From the IMG/VR virus record IMGVR_UViG_3300036832_000493, positions 2,085 through 66,084 of that record: a DNA stretch of 64,000 nt. The stretch is one strand, 5' to 3'. The position numbers were made by a program, and so were the translations under genes. Under the pieces are notes generated by a model. That model ran no database searches. It had not been told where the DNA came from and was given only the letters and a program-made list of their open reading frames with translations. Origin of the DNA: a virus (lineage: Duplodnaviria; Caudoviricetes). Shown here in pieces: positions 45,201 to 55,872 of this stretch. The stretch's first letter is position 1. The number at the start of each line of letters is the position of its first letter.

Positions 45201-46676
45201 TCACGCTGCCTCCAGCGCCGCGACCCTTGCGCGCAGCGACTGAATTTCTTTCAGGGCGAGCATCAGCAACCGCGCCGGGTCATAGTGCCATGTGTCGAGG
45301 TTTTCATCAGCGGGCGTGACCGCCTCGGGGTAGACCTCGTAAAGCTCCTGCGCGATGATGCCGTAGCTCTGGTGGAGGCCGGTCTCCTTCCAGTCGAACT
45401 GGACGATGTCGATGGCGTCGATCAACGCGCCGCTGTCGTTGGCGGGCTGGATGTTAGTCTTGAGCCGGAGATCGGAGGACGGGTTGTACGCAGGGGCATA
45501 GAGCGCCTGCCCAAAGTTGTGTCCTCCGCCATTCTCGCTCTGGTAATTTATATTACCTCCAGCACCACTTCCCGCAAACCCGATGTAACCTACACGCGCT
45601 CCAGTCCCAATGAAAAAGCTCACATAACCTGAGTTGGTACCATCCCCGGTTGAGTTAAGTGATGAGCCGCCACAGCCAGACGGCTGAACTGCTATATTAG
45701 CATTAGGGCGGTTAGCCAATAAATTACCAGTACTTTGAACCTGAACAACAGGCTGATTACCTGTGTAAAAATTCAAATTCGAGTTGGCACCATCGAACTG
45801 TATTCCGCAACGAACAGTTCCGTACCAAGAACCTGCTGCATCATAGCCGCAGTAAAGGAACTGACCGTGGTGTAGAAGGAGGCCACCATTGACATCGAGC
45901 AGGTCATGCGGTGTACCATTGTTGAGCCCTACAAAGCCATTTGCATTAATGCGGAACCGCTCACTAAACGCAATGGTGGCATTGGCTGTGTTTGATGCAG
46001 CCGTATTGTAGATGACATAAGTACCCAGCGTCGGATTAAAGCCTATCGTGGTGCTGTAGCCATTCTCAGCAGCTTTCCAGTTCGTCCCGTCGTTGTAAGC
46101 GTTGTAGCTGAACGACCCTCCAAACATCATACTGATGTCGCCACTAACCTGCAGCATGGAGTTGGATAATACAGGGTTGATATTTATTCCAATCTGACCA
46201 GTGGTTAAAATGCGCATCCGCTCTGCGCCGCTGGTCCCAAAAGCTATCGGAAGATAGCCACCAGTTCCTGCTATATCCGCAACAAAATTGAACAGAGTAT
46301 CACTGGCGATGATATTCAGCAGCCCCGAATTATTCGGATCAGCCTTATTGTAAAGCTGGAGTGCGGTTACTAGGCTCGTCCCATTCGGGAGTATGTCAAC
46401 TGCCGTAGCGCCGTTGGCTGTACTGCTCTGCAACGACAACCGCCCCGCCGCCGGGCCGCTGAAATCACCCGTGATGCGCAGACCTGACCCGGAAAAGTTC
46501 AGGTTGCCCGTCATCGTGTCGCCGGTCTTCAGGACGAAGCCCGAGCCGACCGCCGCCTTCAGCGCGGCGCCCACCGTCCCCGCCGGGTAGGTGTTCGCCG
46601 CGTTGTAGCCCATCAGGCCCGCACCCGCCGCCTGCGCGACGTTGTACATATACTGCGAGAGGTTGAAGGGCTTCAT
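45201..46676 (-). CDS. tail fibre / receptor-binding protein with S74 chaperone
   Basis: Start MKPFNLSQY coupled to upstream stop; SDLRLKTNI...[15 protein letters not shown]; AT-richer central part. Confidence 0.85.
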   Translation of the reverse strand: MKPFNLSQYMYNVAQAAGAGLMGYNAANTYPAGTVGAALKAAVGSGFVLKTGDTMTGNLNFSGSGLRITGDFSGPAAGRLSLQSSTANGATAVDILPNGTSLVTALQLYNKADPNNSGLLNIIASDTLFNFVADIAGTGGYLPIAFGTSGAERMRILTTGQIGININPVLSNSMLQVSGDISMMFGGSFSYNAYNDGTNWKAAENGYSTTIGFNPTLGTYVIYNTAASNTANATIAFSERFRINANGFVGLNNGTPHDLLDVNGGLLLHHGQFLYCGYDAAGSWYGTVRCGIQFDGANSNLNFYTGNQPVVQVQSTGNLLANRPNANIAVQPSGCGGSSLNSTGDGTNSGYVSFFIGTGARVGYIGFAGSGAGGNINYQSENGGGHNFGQALYAPAYNPSSDLRLKTNIQPANDSGALIDAIDIVQFDWKETGLHQSYGIIAQELYEVYPEAVTPADENLDTWHYDPARLLMLALKEIQSLRARVAALEAA

Positions 46677-49366
46677 GACCGGACCTCCCGCCTGAGCGCC
46701 GCCAGTTCGGCACGGAGGGCGACCACCTCCTTGGCCAGTTCGACGACGGCCATCATCGCCGCGCCGCCGTAGTTGACCGAGAGCATGCCTTCGTCGTTCG
46801 CGTAGACCGCCTCGGGCAGCACCGCCTGCAGCGACTGCGCGCCGACCCCGCACTGAGTGGGCTCGTGGTCCAGATCGGTGCGCTCGTAGATGCCGCTGCG
46901 GACCCCGGCCAGCTTGGTCACGAAGTCGTCCACGGGCGCGCGCCAGTTGATCTTCAGTCGCTCATCCGAGAACGCGGCGATGTTGCCGCTTACAGTCAGG
47001 CCGCCGCCGGGCATGTTGTAATTGGTGCCATCCCAGTAGAGATAGTGGCTACCGGCAGTTCCGAAGAAGATGACACCTGTGTCGTTGCCCCGGTCACAGG
47101 CGATGTCGCCGTTGTTGCGTAGGGCGATATTACCTCCGCCGCCGTTGACGGTGAGGTTGGTAATGACTGGCTGGTTCATGCGGATGCCGCCAGTGTGCTG
47201 ACACCCGATGTAAGCTATGCCTTGCGTCTCGTTAGTAATCCATATGCAAGCATCATCCTTGGCGATGAGCCTGAAATCATGGCCGACATTGTTGTTGACG
47301 CAGCGGATGCCCGCGCTCACGCCCGTGTTACTGACGCTAAATAGCTGCGAGTAACATATGCCTCCTACGGATAGCGGAGCACCGTTCAGGATATACGTGC
47401 CGCCGTCGTAGTAGAGATAGCGGGAAGCCGCGCCGAAAGCGAACACACCCGTGCCGTTGCCCCGGTCCGCCGTCACGTCGCCATTGGTCGCGAGCGTGAT
47501 CTGGCCGCCGCCGCCATTGACAATGAGGTTGCTGCCGCAGGTCAAACCCCCGGTGAAGGTCTGCCCGTTGGCCGAAGACAACGCGCCCGAAGCGAGGTTG
47601 ATGGTGAACGGGCGCAGGTTGTTCCAGCCCCCGTTCGGCGCACCAGCAGTAGGATCACTGAGCAGGATGTAGTAGTTGGACCCGTCAACGCGGTGGATCG
47701 CCGAAACGGCGCTAGTCACCCCGTTCTTGAGCAGCAGCTGGTTGCCGTTGGGGGCTGAGATGGATGCGATCCCGTTGACGTGAAACTCAGTGCTGGGGAT
47801 GACCCCGATGCCAACTCCACCGCCGCCCGGCTGAAGCAGCATTGGGTAAACAGCAGTGCTACCGTCGAACCGCTGCACCTGCATGGCCACCGCGCCGTCA
47901 CTTCTGACACGCGCGCAAAGACCGTAGGAATTATCAGCGTTACGGGAGAGGAGGAGGGTCGCCCCGGCAACGCTACCGAGCACCGTGCTCGATCCGTCGC
48001 CCAGCATGACATGACATCCGGCTCGTGGCGACCAATAGCCGATGCCCCAGACGTTGCCAGAGGAGATCACGCCCCAGTTATTCCCGCCCGCACCGAGGTA
48101 GAGGTGACCGGTCTGCGTGCGGAAATAGCCGTTGGACCCGTCGTGCTGCCAGAGCGCGTTGCCGTTGCCGACACTCATCTGCGCCCCGACAACGGAGAAG
48201 TTCAGGTTGAGATCGAACGAACCGGCCTGCCGCAGACCACTCGCCGCGCCCGCCGCAACGCCAGCTGGACAGGTCCAGAAGCCTATCGCCCCCGTGCTGT
48301 GCGTGAACCCCACCGCCCCGGCAAAGCCCGCGAGGTTTGTCCGCAATGTCGTGCCGTCGTAGTAGCCGTTGAAGTGCAGGCCGCCGTCGCCGCCAGCCGG
48401 GGGCGCGAACAGGGACAAGTCTCCGCCGACCTGCAGCGCCGGTCCCGCCTTCACCGGATAGGACAGCCTGATCCCCGCCTGCCCGCCGACGTTCAGCGCG
48501 TGGACGGTGTCATCCCAGTTGAGATTGGCGTTGTCTTCGGCGAGGTTGCCACCGGACCCGGCGAACGGGATCGAGGCCGGAGTGAACACCGGGTTCACGG
48601 GCGAGCCGAGGAAGGCCTCCAGCAGCACCGTGTCGTTCGCCAGCACGGGCGTGTTGAGCACGACGTGGACGCCGTCCGTCGCCGCATACTCGCTGTCGGC
48701 CAGCCGCACGCCGTTGACGTAGACGCCGACGAAGCCGACCACATAGGGCTGCGGCGTCTGGAACACGACCTCGCCGCCTGCGGCGGTGAACTCCTTGCGC
48801 TGGGCGATGATGTCCCCGATCTGACCCGGATCGCCCTGCGGGCCGACCGGACCAACCGGACCGGGCTTGCCGTCCGGGCCCGGAGCACCGGTCAGGCCGG
48901 TCGCCCCCATCGGCCCGGTCGCGCCGGTCGCGCCGTTCACCCCGGCGACGCCCTGCGGCCCTGCCGGGCCCTGCGAACCGGGGATGCCGGGGTTGCCCTG
49001 ATCGCCTTTGTCGCCCTTGACGCCCTGCGGACCGGGCGCGCCTGCCGCGCCGTTCGGCCCGGCGCCGCCGGTTATGCCCTGCGGCCCCGCTGGCCCGACT
49101 GGACCGACCGGGCCGCCTGCGCCGGTCGGGCCCGGGTCGCCTTTCGACCCTATCGGTCCGGTCGCGCCCGGAGGTCCGACAGGTCCGATATCGCCCTGCG
49201 GCCCGGACACGCCCTGTGGCCCCGGTGGTCCCGGCGTGAGCACTTCAATCCGCGCCTTCCACGTCCGGCCATTGACCGCGTAGGGCAGGAAGCCCTCCTT
49301 GCTGGTCCCTTCATACTCGGGCAGCTTGGTGATCGTCGTCGGGATCAGGTTGGTGGGGACCGACAT
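46673..49366 (-). CDS. collagen-like tail fibre with S74 chaperone
   Basis: Long Gly-X-Y tract near the N-terminus; FSDERLK...[15 protein letters not shown]. Confidence 0.85.
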   Translation of the reverse strand: MSVPTNLIPTTITKLPEYEGTSKEGFLPYAVNGRTWKARIEVLTPGPPGPQGVSGPQGDIGPVGPPGATGPIGSKGDPGPTGAGGPVGPVGPAGPQGITGGAGPNGAAGAPGPQGVKGDKGDQGNPGIPGSQGPAGPQGVAGVNGATGATGPMGATGLTGAPGPDGKPGPVGPVGPQGDPGQIGDIIAQRKEFTAAGGEVVFQTPQPYVVGFVGVYVNGVRLADSEYAATDGVHVVLNTPVLANDTVLLEAFLGSPVNPVFTPASIPFAGSGGNLAEDNANLNWDDTVHALNVGGQAGIRLSYPVKAGPALQVGGDLSLFAPPAGGDGGLHFNGYYDGTTLRTNLAGFAGAVGFTHSTGAIGFWTCPAGVAAGAASGLRQAGSFDLNLNFSVVGAQMSVGNGNALWQHDGSNGYFRTQTGHLYLGAGGNNWGVISSGNVWGIGYWSPRAGCHVMLGDGSSTVLGSVAGATLLLSRNADNSYGLCARVRSDGAVAMQVQRFDGSTAVYPMLLQPGGGGVGIGVIPSTEFHVNGIASISAPNGNQLLLKNGVTSAVSAIHRVDGSNYYILLSDPTAGAPNGGWNNLRPFTINLASGALSSANGQTFTGGLTCGSNLIVNGGGGQITLATNGDVTADRGNGTGVFAFGAASRYLYYDGGTYILNGAPLSVGGICYSQLFSVSNTGVSAGIRCVNNNVGHDFRLIAKDDACIWITNETQGIAYIGCQHTGGIRMNQPVITNLTVNGGGGNIALRNNGDIACDRGNDTGVIFFGTAGSHYLYWDGTNYNMPGGGLTVSGNIAAFSDERLKINWRAPVDDFVTKLAGVRSGIYERTDLDHEPTQCGVGAQSLQAVLPEAVYANDEGMLSVNYGGAAMMAVVELAKEVVALRAELAALRREVRS

Positions 49367-49369
49367 CTG

Positions 49370-49672
49370 CTAAAGCTCCAGATACTCGTCGCTGTCCTCG
49401 GTGATGACGAACTCCTCGTACTGCTCGTCGATGAAGCCCCGGGGATCGGTCCCGAGCGGCTCGTCGGGCCGCAGGAACGGCAGCGTGATGGTCTCGGTCT
49501 TGCGCGCGGGCAGGCGGTACGGGTCCAGCTGGTCGAGGTCGTCGATGCACACGCGCAGGCCCGGCGCGTTCGGGTCTTTCATCAGGTCGTCGAGCGAGAA
49601 CTTGCGCTTGCAGCGGTCGCAGATGCCAATGCCCAGCGTGCTGCGTCCAGTGGTGTCGAGCCAGAGACCCAT
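49370..49672 (-). CDS. conserved Cys-motif virion-module protein
   Basis: GICDRCKRKF...GLRVC...DQLDPY...LRPD. Confidence 0.75.
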   Translation of the reverse strand: MGLWLDTTGRSTLGIGICDRCKRKFSLDDLMKDPNAPGLRVCIDDLDQLDPYRLPARKTETITLPFLRPDEPLGTDPRGFIDEQYEEFVITEDSDEYLEL

Positions 49673-51519
49673 CAGGCTGCCCTCCTTGTGACGACTAGGG
49701 CGCCGCCCTTGGCGCGCCTGCGAACGACGAGGCCGCCGCGCGCGTAGCCCGCGAAGTTATGACCGAACTGCTCCCAATCATCAGGGCCCAGTTGCGTTGG
49801 ATCGCGCGGGAAGCCCCGCGCGTTGAAGTCCCATGACTGGAACGGCGTGTCGAGGTCTTTGGCGACGCTCTCGTAGTCCGACTGGGGGATCATCCGCTTG
49901 TCGGGCAGCTGCACCATCTGCGCATGCTTGAGGACGTTGTGACCGGCGCCTTCCCACGGCCCCTGCGAGCGCACGAAGTCTTGGATATAGGGCAGGTGCT
50001 CGTCCTTCGGCGCGTGGTTGCCGTGACCCATGATCTGGCCGAGGAAGTCCGGCTCGTCGGTGCTGAAGACGTCGGGGTACTTCGCGACGGTGTGCGGATG
50101 CTGCTGCTCCAGATAGTCGCGGAAATTGGCCTGCGGCACGTCCTGCTCGCCGTAGTAGTACTGGTTCCACAGGTTGTTGAGTTCGGGATGCTCCTCGGCG
50201 CGCGCGGCGAAGCCCGGCCCGGGATTGGTCTCGATGGTGACGTGGGGGTTGCCCTGTGCATCGTGCAGCGAGAAGATGCGGCTTTCCTTGCTGACGACGG
50301 GCGCGCAGTAGCCGCCGACGCAGTGATCCATCGCGTCGCCCTCGGCCTTGAGCGACTGCGCCACCGCCGCTTGGCCCTCTTCGGGAGGCATTCCCTCGGG
50401 CACGCGGTGCTCGATCCAGTGATAGCCCTTGGGGTTGACCGCGAGGTCCGGGTAATCCCGGACCGTCTGCACCGCCGGACTGGTGCTGAGGACCGCGCGA
50501 CTGGCCTCGTTCTCGCGCTCCGTGCGCAGGCGCTCGCCTTCGGTCTCGACCCAGTTATGCGCCTCCCCGGCCCGGGCCACCGCCTGTGGCAGCGTCATGC
50601 GCTTGAGCCCCTCGGGATCGATGGCGAGGTTGCGCGGCAGGTCCGGGTTGGTCATCGCCGCGTGGATGGCGCCCGCGAACGTGGGCAGGCCGAGCGTCTC
50701 CTCGGACCCGGCGTGGAGCAGGTGCAGCGGCTCGGTGACCGGGGGCGAGCGCGGGCCCGAGGACAGCCACGGGGCCTCGGTCGCCATCCGCTCGCGCAGC
50801 TGACCTACCGGGTCCAGCGTCTCCAAGGACTGCGTCCCGTACTTGTCGAGGAGCGGCTGCAGCTGGTTCGTGTGCATCGGCACCGTGAGATTGCCCAAGT
50901 TCGTGGACGTGAGGCTCTTGTCCACGGCGTTGACCCAGTCGCCATCGCCTCGGAACCCGCGCGGGTAGATATGGCCCCAGTCATTGAGCACGTCGCGCAT
51001 CGGGTCTTCGGGCGTACCAAGACCCGTCTTCAGGTACTTGGTCGTGGCCTTGTGCCACCAGTCCTGCAACGCCGCCCCCTGCGGGTCGTCGACCCCCATG
51101 CGCTGGTTCCAGCCGGGTGCGGACGCTTCCCAACCGGCCCGCGTGACGTGCTCGGGGGACTTGAACAGGTCAGGGTACAGACCTTCGACGCCTTTGATAT
51201 CGGGCAGCCACTGGCCGCCTTTGGGCTTGACCCCCAGCCCGAGGTCCGGGGGCGGCGCAGGCGGCGGCAGCGCCAGCCGCTTGGGCGGCGCGGGCGGGGC
51301 GGGCGGGGCCCGGGGGCGCGGCGTCACGGCATAGCGCGACGCGGGCTGCGCACCGCGATCCACCGCCAAGGTGGGCGCAACAGCAGCCCGGGGCGCGACC
51401 GCGAGCGGGCGCGCAACGTCCCGTTCCGCTGTGGCAGCCGCTCCGCGCTCGACGATCTCCGCCGCCCGGCGACGCCCCGCCTCGATGGCGGCGCGCAGGC
51501 CTTGGGCGATGAGGCTCAC
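49672..51519 (-). CDS. PcfJ-like domain virion-module protein
   Basis: LKAEGDAMDHCVGGY...IFSLHD...PHVTIE...QIMGHGN; C-terminal YARGG and AKGG. Confidence 0.75.
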   Translation of the reverse strand: MSLIAQGLRAAIEAGRRRAAEIVERGAAATAERDVARPLAVAPRAAVAPTLAVDRGAQPASRYAVTPRPRAPPAPPAPPKRLALPPPAPPPDLGLGVKPKGGQWLPDIKGVEGLYPDLFKSPEHVTRAGWEASAPGWNQRMGVDDPQGAALQDWWHKATTKYLKTGLGTPEDPMRDVLNDWGHIYPRGFRGDGDWVNAVDKSLTSTNLGNLTVPMHTNQLQPLLDKYGTQSLETLDPVGQLRERMATEAPWLSSGPRSPPVTEPLHLLHAGSEETLGLPTFAGAIHAAMTNPDLPRNLAIDPEGLKRMTLPQAVARAGEAHNWVETEGERLRTERENEASRAVLSTSPAVQTVRDYPDLAVNPKGYHWIEHRVPEGMPPEEGQAAVAQSLKAEGDAMDHCVGGYCAPVVSKESRIFSLHDAQGNPHVTIETNPGPGFAARAEEHPELNNLWNQYYYGEQDVPQANFRDYLEQQHPHTVAKYPDVFSTDEPDFLGQIMGHGNHAPKDEHLPYIQDFVRSQGPWEGAGHNVLKHAQMVQLPDKRMIPQSDYESVAKDLDTPFQSWDFNARGFPRDPTQLGPDDWEQFGHNFAGYARGGLVVRRRAKGGALVVTRRAA

Positions 51520-52535
51520 CGCGTGTAGACCCCGATCATCGGCGCCCAGTTGATCGGACTGTTATCGCGCTCCTCGTTCTGCGCGAGCATCAGCGCCTGC
51601 GTGCCCTTGGCATCGAGCACGGGTGCCAGCCCGGCGTCGACCTCGGCGACGGCCCCGGCAAGGCGCGCGGCGAGCATGGCCGTGAGCGCGTTGTACCAGC
51701 GCTGCGGCACCTCGATCTCCTGCTGGAGCGTGCCGACGTCCATGATGTGCCGGTGGACCGTGAGCACCAGCTGGTTGGCCTCCTGCGCGGCGTCGGGCAT
51801 GCTCCACAGGTGCATGACCGGCTGGCGCACCTGCCGGTCGAACCAATACTGGTTCGGCCTGCCGGGAAACGTCTTGTTCGGCAGGTTGAGCCAGTCGTCG
51901 CGATTGAGCCGCCCCAGCGGAATTTCGGTCGGCGTGTTGGCCAGATGCAGCGTGTCGATGTCCAGCGTGTCGGTGCTGTTGATCGCGCGCACGAGGAAGT
52001 AGCGCGAGGCGATGAGGGGTGACAGGTCGAACCACGACCACTGGCCTGCGTCGGGGGAGGGCACAGTTGGAGGGGCCATCATGACCGTGGTCCAGACCAG
52101 CCCGTCATCCGAGCGTTCGAGCGCCAACGACACCGCCGGTCCCTGCCACTTGATGCCAACGACCGAGACCGGCATTGTGATCCCGATCCCGTCGGGATCG
52201 AAGTCGGTCTCGATCTCGGTGTCGGTGACCGTGGTCGTGCCCGCGTTCTCGATGCACTGCACCTGCCGCAGATTGGCCGACAGGACGTCGACGACCCCGA
52301 CAGGGAGCACGAGATCGCCGACGCCTTCGTAAAGCGCGTGGACCTGTCTTTCGACGCACCACAGCGGCACGCCGTAATTGGCGAACTCAGACACCAGCAG
52401 GTAGAGTTCGTCCTTGGCGATGTCGATCTGCTCGGACGTGATCAGCGCCGAGGGGATGCGGCAGCGCCCGAAGGCGCGGTCGATCAGCCTGCGCGTGTTG
52501 AACAGGGTCTGCGATACGGTGCCGGAAAATGCCAT
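51516..52535 (-). CDS. virion structural protein (adaptor/neck-like)
   Basis: 339 aa; RDDWLNLPNKTFPGRPNQYWFDR; late operon. Confidence 0.7.
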   Translation of the reverse strand: MAFSGTVSQTLFNTRRLIDRAFGRCRIPSALITSEQIDIAKDELYLLVSEFANYGVPLWCVERQVHALYEGVGDLVLPVGVVDVLSANLRQVQCIENAGTTTVTDTEIETDFDPDGIGITMPVSVVGIKWQGPAVSLALERSDDGLVWTTVMMAPPTVPSPDAGQWSWFDLSPLIASRYFLVRAINSTDTLDIDTLHLANTPTEIPLGRLNRDDWLNLPNKTFPGRPNQYWFDRQVRQPVMHLWSMPDAAQEANQLVLTVHRHIMDVGTLQQEIEVPQRWYNALTAMLAARLAGAVAEVDAGLAPVLDAKGTQALMLAQNEERDNSPINWAPMIGVYTR

Positions 52536-52651
52536 GATGGCCTCGCTCGTTGTTCAGCCACAGCAGCACGCCACGAGCAGCACGCATTTCCGCGTCCGTC
52601 ATAGGGGACGGGACGCCCGCTCGCAAGCAAGCGCCCCTCCCTTCCCCGTCG

Positions 52652-53470
52652 TCAGAAGCCCGGTCGCTTGACGGCGAGGCCCCCTTTGTTAGGCCCTACA
52701 AGGGGCTTGGAGCTATAGGACGGCACGCCCTTCTTGGTGATGCTGCCGCCTTTGGCCTGCATGACGGGACCGGGCGGCTGGCCCATCGGCGGGCCCATCG
52801 GCGGCGCGCCCATCGGCGGCTGCATGGGGCCCCCGGCAATAGCGCCCGGGGCGTTGCCTGCCCCAGCCGCAGCCGCAATCGCGGCGAGCTTCTTGACCAC
52901 CCCTGCGGCTCTGCCGGGGCCTTTCTTGATCGACCCGCCCTTGGCCTTCTTGACGACCCTGCCGCCCTTGGCCTGCGGCTGGACCGGCTGGATCGGCTGC
53001 ACGGGCCCCGAGGCTGCCGTGCCGGGGGCGCTGCCGACCCCGGTCGCGGGCACGGGCGTGGCTACCGTGGGCTTCTTCTTGAGAAGCAAGCCGAGCAATC
53101 CGGGTGCCCGGCCTTGGGCCAGTGCCGCAACCGGCGAGATCACGCCCGCAATATCGCCGAGGACACCACCGAGGCTCATCTTGACCGGGCCGCCCTTGGC
53201 CTTCTTGACGACCTTGCCGCCTTTCTTGATCCCCTGCGGCACAGATGCCCCCAAAGGCGGCGTCCCCGTGGCATTGCGCGCCTGATTAAGGGCAATCGCG
53301 ACCGCCTGCTTGGGGTTGGAGACCTTGGGCCCCTGCTTCGAGCCCGAGTGCAGGTCGCCGCTCTTAAACTCGCCCATGACCTTGCTGATCTTGGCCGCGC
53401 CCTTGGGCCCTTTGATCGTGCCGCCGCCGCTGTAATACTGGGTCTTGGTGGTATTCTTGAAACCCTCCAT
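52652..53470 (-). CDS. basic protein with DUF6496-like motif and repeated AKGG units
   Basis: KISKVMGEFKSGDLHSGSKQGPKVSNPKQAVAIAL; GGAGG RBS. Confidence 0.75.
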   Translation of the reverse strand: MEGFKNTTKTQYYSGGGTIKGPKGAAKISKVMGEFKSGDLHSGSKQGPKVSNPKQAVAIALNQARNATGTPPLGASVPQGIKKGGKVVKKAKGGPVKMSLGGVLGDIAGVISPVAALAQGRAPGLLGLLLKKKPTVATPVPATGVGSAPGTAASGPVQPIQPVQPQAKGGRVVKKAKGGSIKKGPGRAAGVVKKLAAIAAAAGAGNAPGAIAGGPMQPPMGAPPMGPPMGQPPGPVMQAKGGSITKKGVPSYSSKPLVGPNKGGLAVKRPGF

Positions 53471-53479
53471 GAGAACCTC

Positions 53480-53800
53480 CTAAAGCCCGGTGCCCGCCTG
53501 AATGACGATAAGGGTCGTGGACCCCGTGCCCGAGGCCTGATTGATGCGGATGGCACGCACGGGCGACGTGTAGCTGCCCTCGGCGTTGGCGGTCTTGGTC
53601 GCCATCGCCGCGAGGGGGAACCACGCCGCGTTGGTGGCGAAGCCGAGCGCGAACGGGTCGTCGTAAGTGTGCTCGACGCCGAAGCTGACGGTGCCGATGA
53701 CCTTGGCTGCCAAGCTCAACTGGAACGGCGCGATCAGGTAGTCGGGCACGACTATCGCCGAGATGCCGGGACCGGTCTGGGTGACGGTGACGGGGTGCAT
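53480..53800 (-). CDS. small beta-rich virion protein
   Basis: AAGGA RBS; downstream of the capsid genes. Confidence 0.7.
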   Translation of the reverse strand: MHPVTVTQTGPGISAIVVPDYLIAPFQLSLAAKVIGTVSFGVEHTYDDPFALGFATNAAWFPLAAMATKTANAEGSYTSPVRAIRINQASGTGSTTLIVIQAGTGL

Positions 53801-53815
53801 CGCGTGTCCTTTCGC

Positions 53816-53841
53816 AGGCCGGGGGCCGAAGCCCCCGGCCT
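53816..53841 (-). terminator. 11-bp hairpin with TTCG loop after the capsid/decoration genes
   Basis: AGGCCGGGGGC-CGAA-GCCCCCGGCCT on + strand. Confidence 0.55.
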
Positions 53842-53845
53842 TATA

Positions 53846-54280
53846 TCAGTTGCCCGTCTGGACGTAGCGCAGCGTGACGCGAGCCTGCCCGACCGTCGCC
53901 GTGCCGGTCACCGTCACGGTGGCGACGACGGCGGTGTTGGCGCCGATGTTGCTCATCGCCAGCAGCTGCGGCGAGGTATAGGCGGCGACGCCGCGCGCCA
54001 GCACCTTGACGTTGATGCCGCTGACGTAGTCGCTGGCGCCCGGCGTCATGCCCAGCGTAAGCACCGCCGTGGTGCTGTCGAAGGCCACCAGCGTGTCGAT
54101 GAGGGCATCGAGTATCTGGCTGTTGGGCGGCAGGTTCATCGTCGCGCTGACGTTATTCGCGCCGTTCTGGTTGAGCAGCACGCTCTGCGCCAGTTCGACG
54201 AGCCCGACGTTGGACCCGCCCGGACTGCCTGCCTGCTTGTTCCCCGAGGCGAGGGGCCCGTCGAAGGATGTGCGGGACAT
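53846..54280 (-). CDS. putative capsid decoration protein
   Basis: MSRTSFDGP...LPPNSQILD; immediately after the major capsid gene. Confidence 0.65.
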   Translation of the reverse strand: MSRTSFDGPLASGNKQAGSPGGSNVGLVELAQSVLLNQNGANNVSATMNLPPNSQILDALIDTLVAFDSTTAVLTLGMTPGASDYVSGINVKVLARGVAAYTSPQLLAMSNIGANTAVVATVTVTGTATVGQARVTLRYVQTGN

Positions 54281-54329
54281 GGCTCAGTCTCCTTGGCTCG
54301 GGGGCCGCTGACGCGACCCCCTGCTGTCC

Positions 54330-55244
54330 TCACAGGCCGGGGGTGCCCCAGACGCCACGCGGATCGGTCCAGCCGAACGCATAGCGCTCGGTGGCCTTGT
54401 AGCGCATGCTATCGGTCTCGAAGTCGCCCTCCATCGATTTCTCCAGACTGCGCCGCTTGGCCATCTTCAGACCCTCGGGGGCATCGGTCTCGACCCACCA
54501 TGCCGTGACGCTGGTCAGACGCGACAGGTTGGCCTGTCCACCTTCGAGCATGCCCATGCTCTTCACGGGGTTGATGTCGTTGTTCGACGTCCCCGTGCGC
54601 AGCACGGACTTCAGCAGCACCTCGGCTTGGAAGACGTTCGACGGACCGACGACGAGCTTGGTCGGCGTCAGCCTGATCTTCTTGCCGCTGTTATCCACAG
54701 CCTGCCGGACTTGGATCAGCATCTGCTCCAGCGAGGTCTGTGACAGCGCCGCAGGCGTGGTCAGCAGGTTGGAGAAGACGCCGCCCGAGATCGGATGCGC
54801 TGCCGAGCACAGGGCCACGCCGTCGCCCCCGGCATAGCCTGCCGTGAACGAGCGGTTGAGGATGTTCGCGCCCAAGGTCTCCTTGGTCTCGATCAGGCTC
54901 TGCGCCAGATGCCGCGCATAGGTCTGACCGACGCGGATATGGTCACCATCCTCGACCAGCACTTTTGTCAAGGCAAAAGCGAGGCCGTAGACCTTGTAGA
55001 TGTAGCGCGCGATGAACAGCACGCCACCGGCCTGATAGGTCACGGGCATGCCGTCGGGAAGCTCAGGGGCCGCGCCGAAGCCGAAGAGCACGGGCTCCTC
55101 GTGGTAGTTGCGCGGGATGCCGTTGAACTCCTTGAAGACCTGCGCGTACTCGTCGGCGCGCTGGTCGTAGATGCCATCGAACTCCTCGTTCAGGATCGGC
55201 TCGACGATGGAGCGGAAGTCTGTTGACCTCATGGGGACAGCCAT
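54330..55244 (-). CDS. major capsid protein
   Basis: 304 aa; GFGAAPE...YGLAFALT...GDFETDSMRYKATERYAFGWTDPRG; follows the scaffold region. Confidence 0.9.
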   Translation of the reverse strand: MAVPMRSTDFRSIVEPILNEEFDGIYDQRADEYAQVFKEFNGIPRNYHEEPVLFGFGAAPELPDGMPVTYQAGGVLFIARYIYKVYGLAFALTKVLVEDGDHIRVGQTYARHLAQSLIETKETLGANILNRSFTAGYAGGDGVALCSAAHPISGGVFSNLLTTPAALSQTSLEQMLIQVRQAVDNSGKKIRLTPTKLVVGPSNVFQAEVLLKSVLRTGTSNNDINPVKSMGMLEGGQANLSRLTSVTAWWVETDAPEGLKMAKRRSLEKSMEGDFETDSMRYKATERYAFGWTDPRGVWGTPGL

Positions 55245-55257
55245 TGCTCAAGCCTCC

Positions 55258-55821
55258 TCAGAAAGCCGCGATGTCAGCAACATTCTGATGCTGACTGATC
55301 TGCACGCGGGCGATGACGAAGGGGTCGCCATAGGCGTTGTCCGGGCCCGGGGTGATCCCGAGGAAGCGGAACGTCGCGTTGGCGGCGGCGGAGGCCACAT
55401 CGAGTGCCTGACTGGACAGTCCGGTCACCACCGAGCCCGAGGCCGGGGTGAACATGAACTGCTTGCCGACGTCGATCTGGTTCAGAGGCGCATTGCTCTG
55501 CATCTCGTAGACGATGTTCGGGTCCATCGTGAAATAGGCGACGATGTCGGTGCCCGGGGTGTTGCCCGTCCACTTGTTGGAGACGCGGCGCCTCCCGTCG
55601 GTGTCGGTCCATTCGACACCCATGAAGGTGCCCATGATGCGGTCGCCCACAGCCGCCGCCGCGAGCGTGCCTTCGCCGGTCGCGGCGGGGACGATCTTGA
55701 CGGGCTGGTACTGCAGGAGGTTCGACGCATAGCCCGTCAGGATCGTGCTCGCCTCGGGACGCAGGGTGCCCGAGGGGTGATAGGACGGGCGGAGGCCGAA
55801 CGGAGCAGCTGTCTGAGACAT
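55258..55821 (-). CDS. capsid-associated protein
   Basis: APFGLRP...GTFMGVEWTD; conserved position upstream of the major capsid gene. Confidence 0.75.
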   Translation of the reverse strand: MSQTAAPFGLRPSYHPSGTLRPEASTILTGYASNLLQYQPVKIVPAATGEGTLAAAAVGDRIMGTFMGVEWTDTDGRRRVSNKWTGNTPGTDIVAYFTMDPNIVYEMQSNAPLNQIDVGKQFMFTPASGSVVTGLSSQALDVASAAANATFRFLGITPGPDNAYGDPFVIARVQISQHQNVADIAAF

Positions 55822-55872
55822 ATCCGTTTCCTTCCGTGGAAGGTTGCAGGGTATCCCTGCCCGGCTATGGCC

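Noticed and set aside
48820-49235. 9-nt periodic GC-rich repeat
   Set aside because: Explained by collagen Gly-X-Y codons of the tail fibre.
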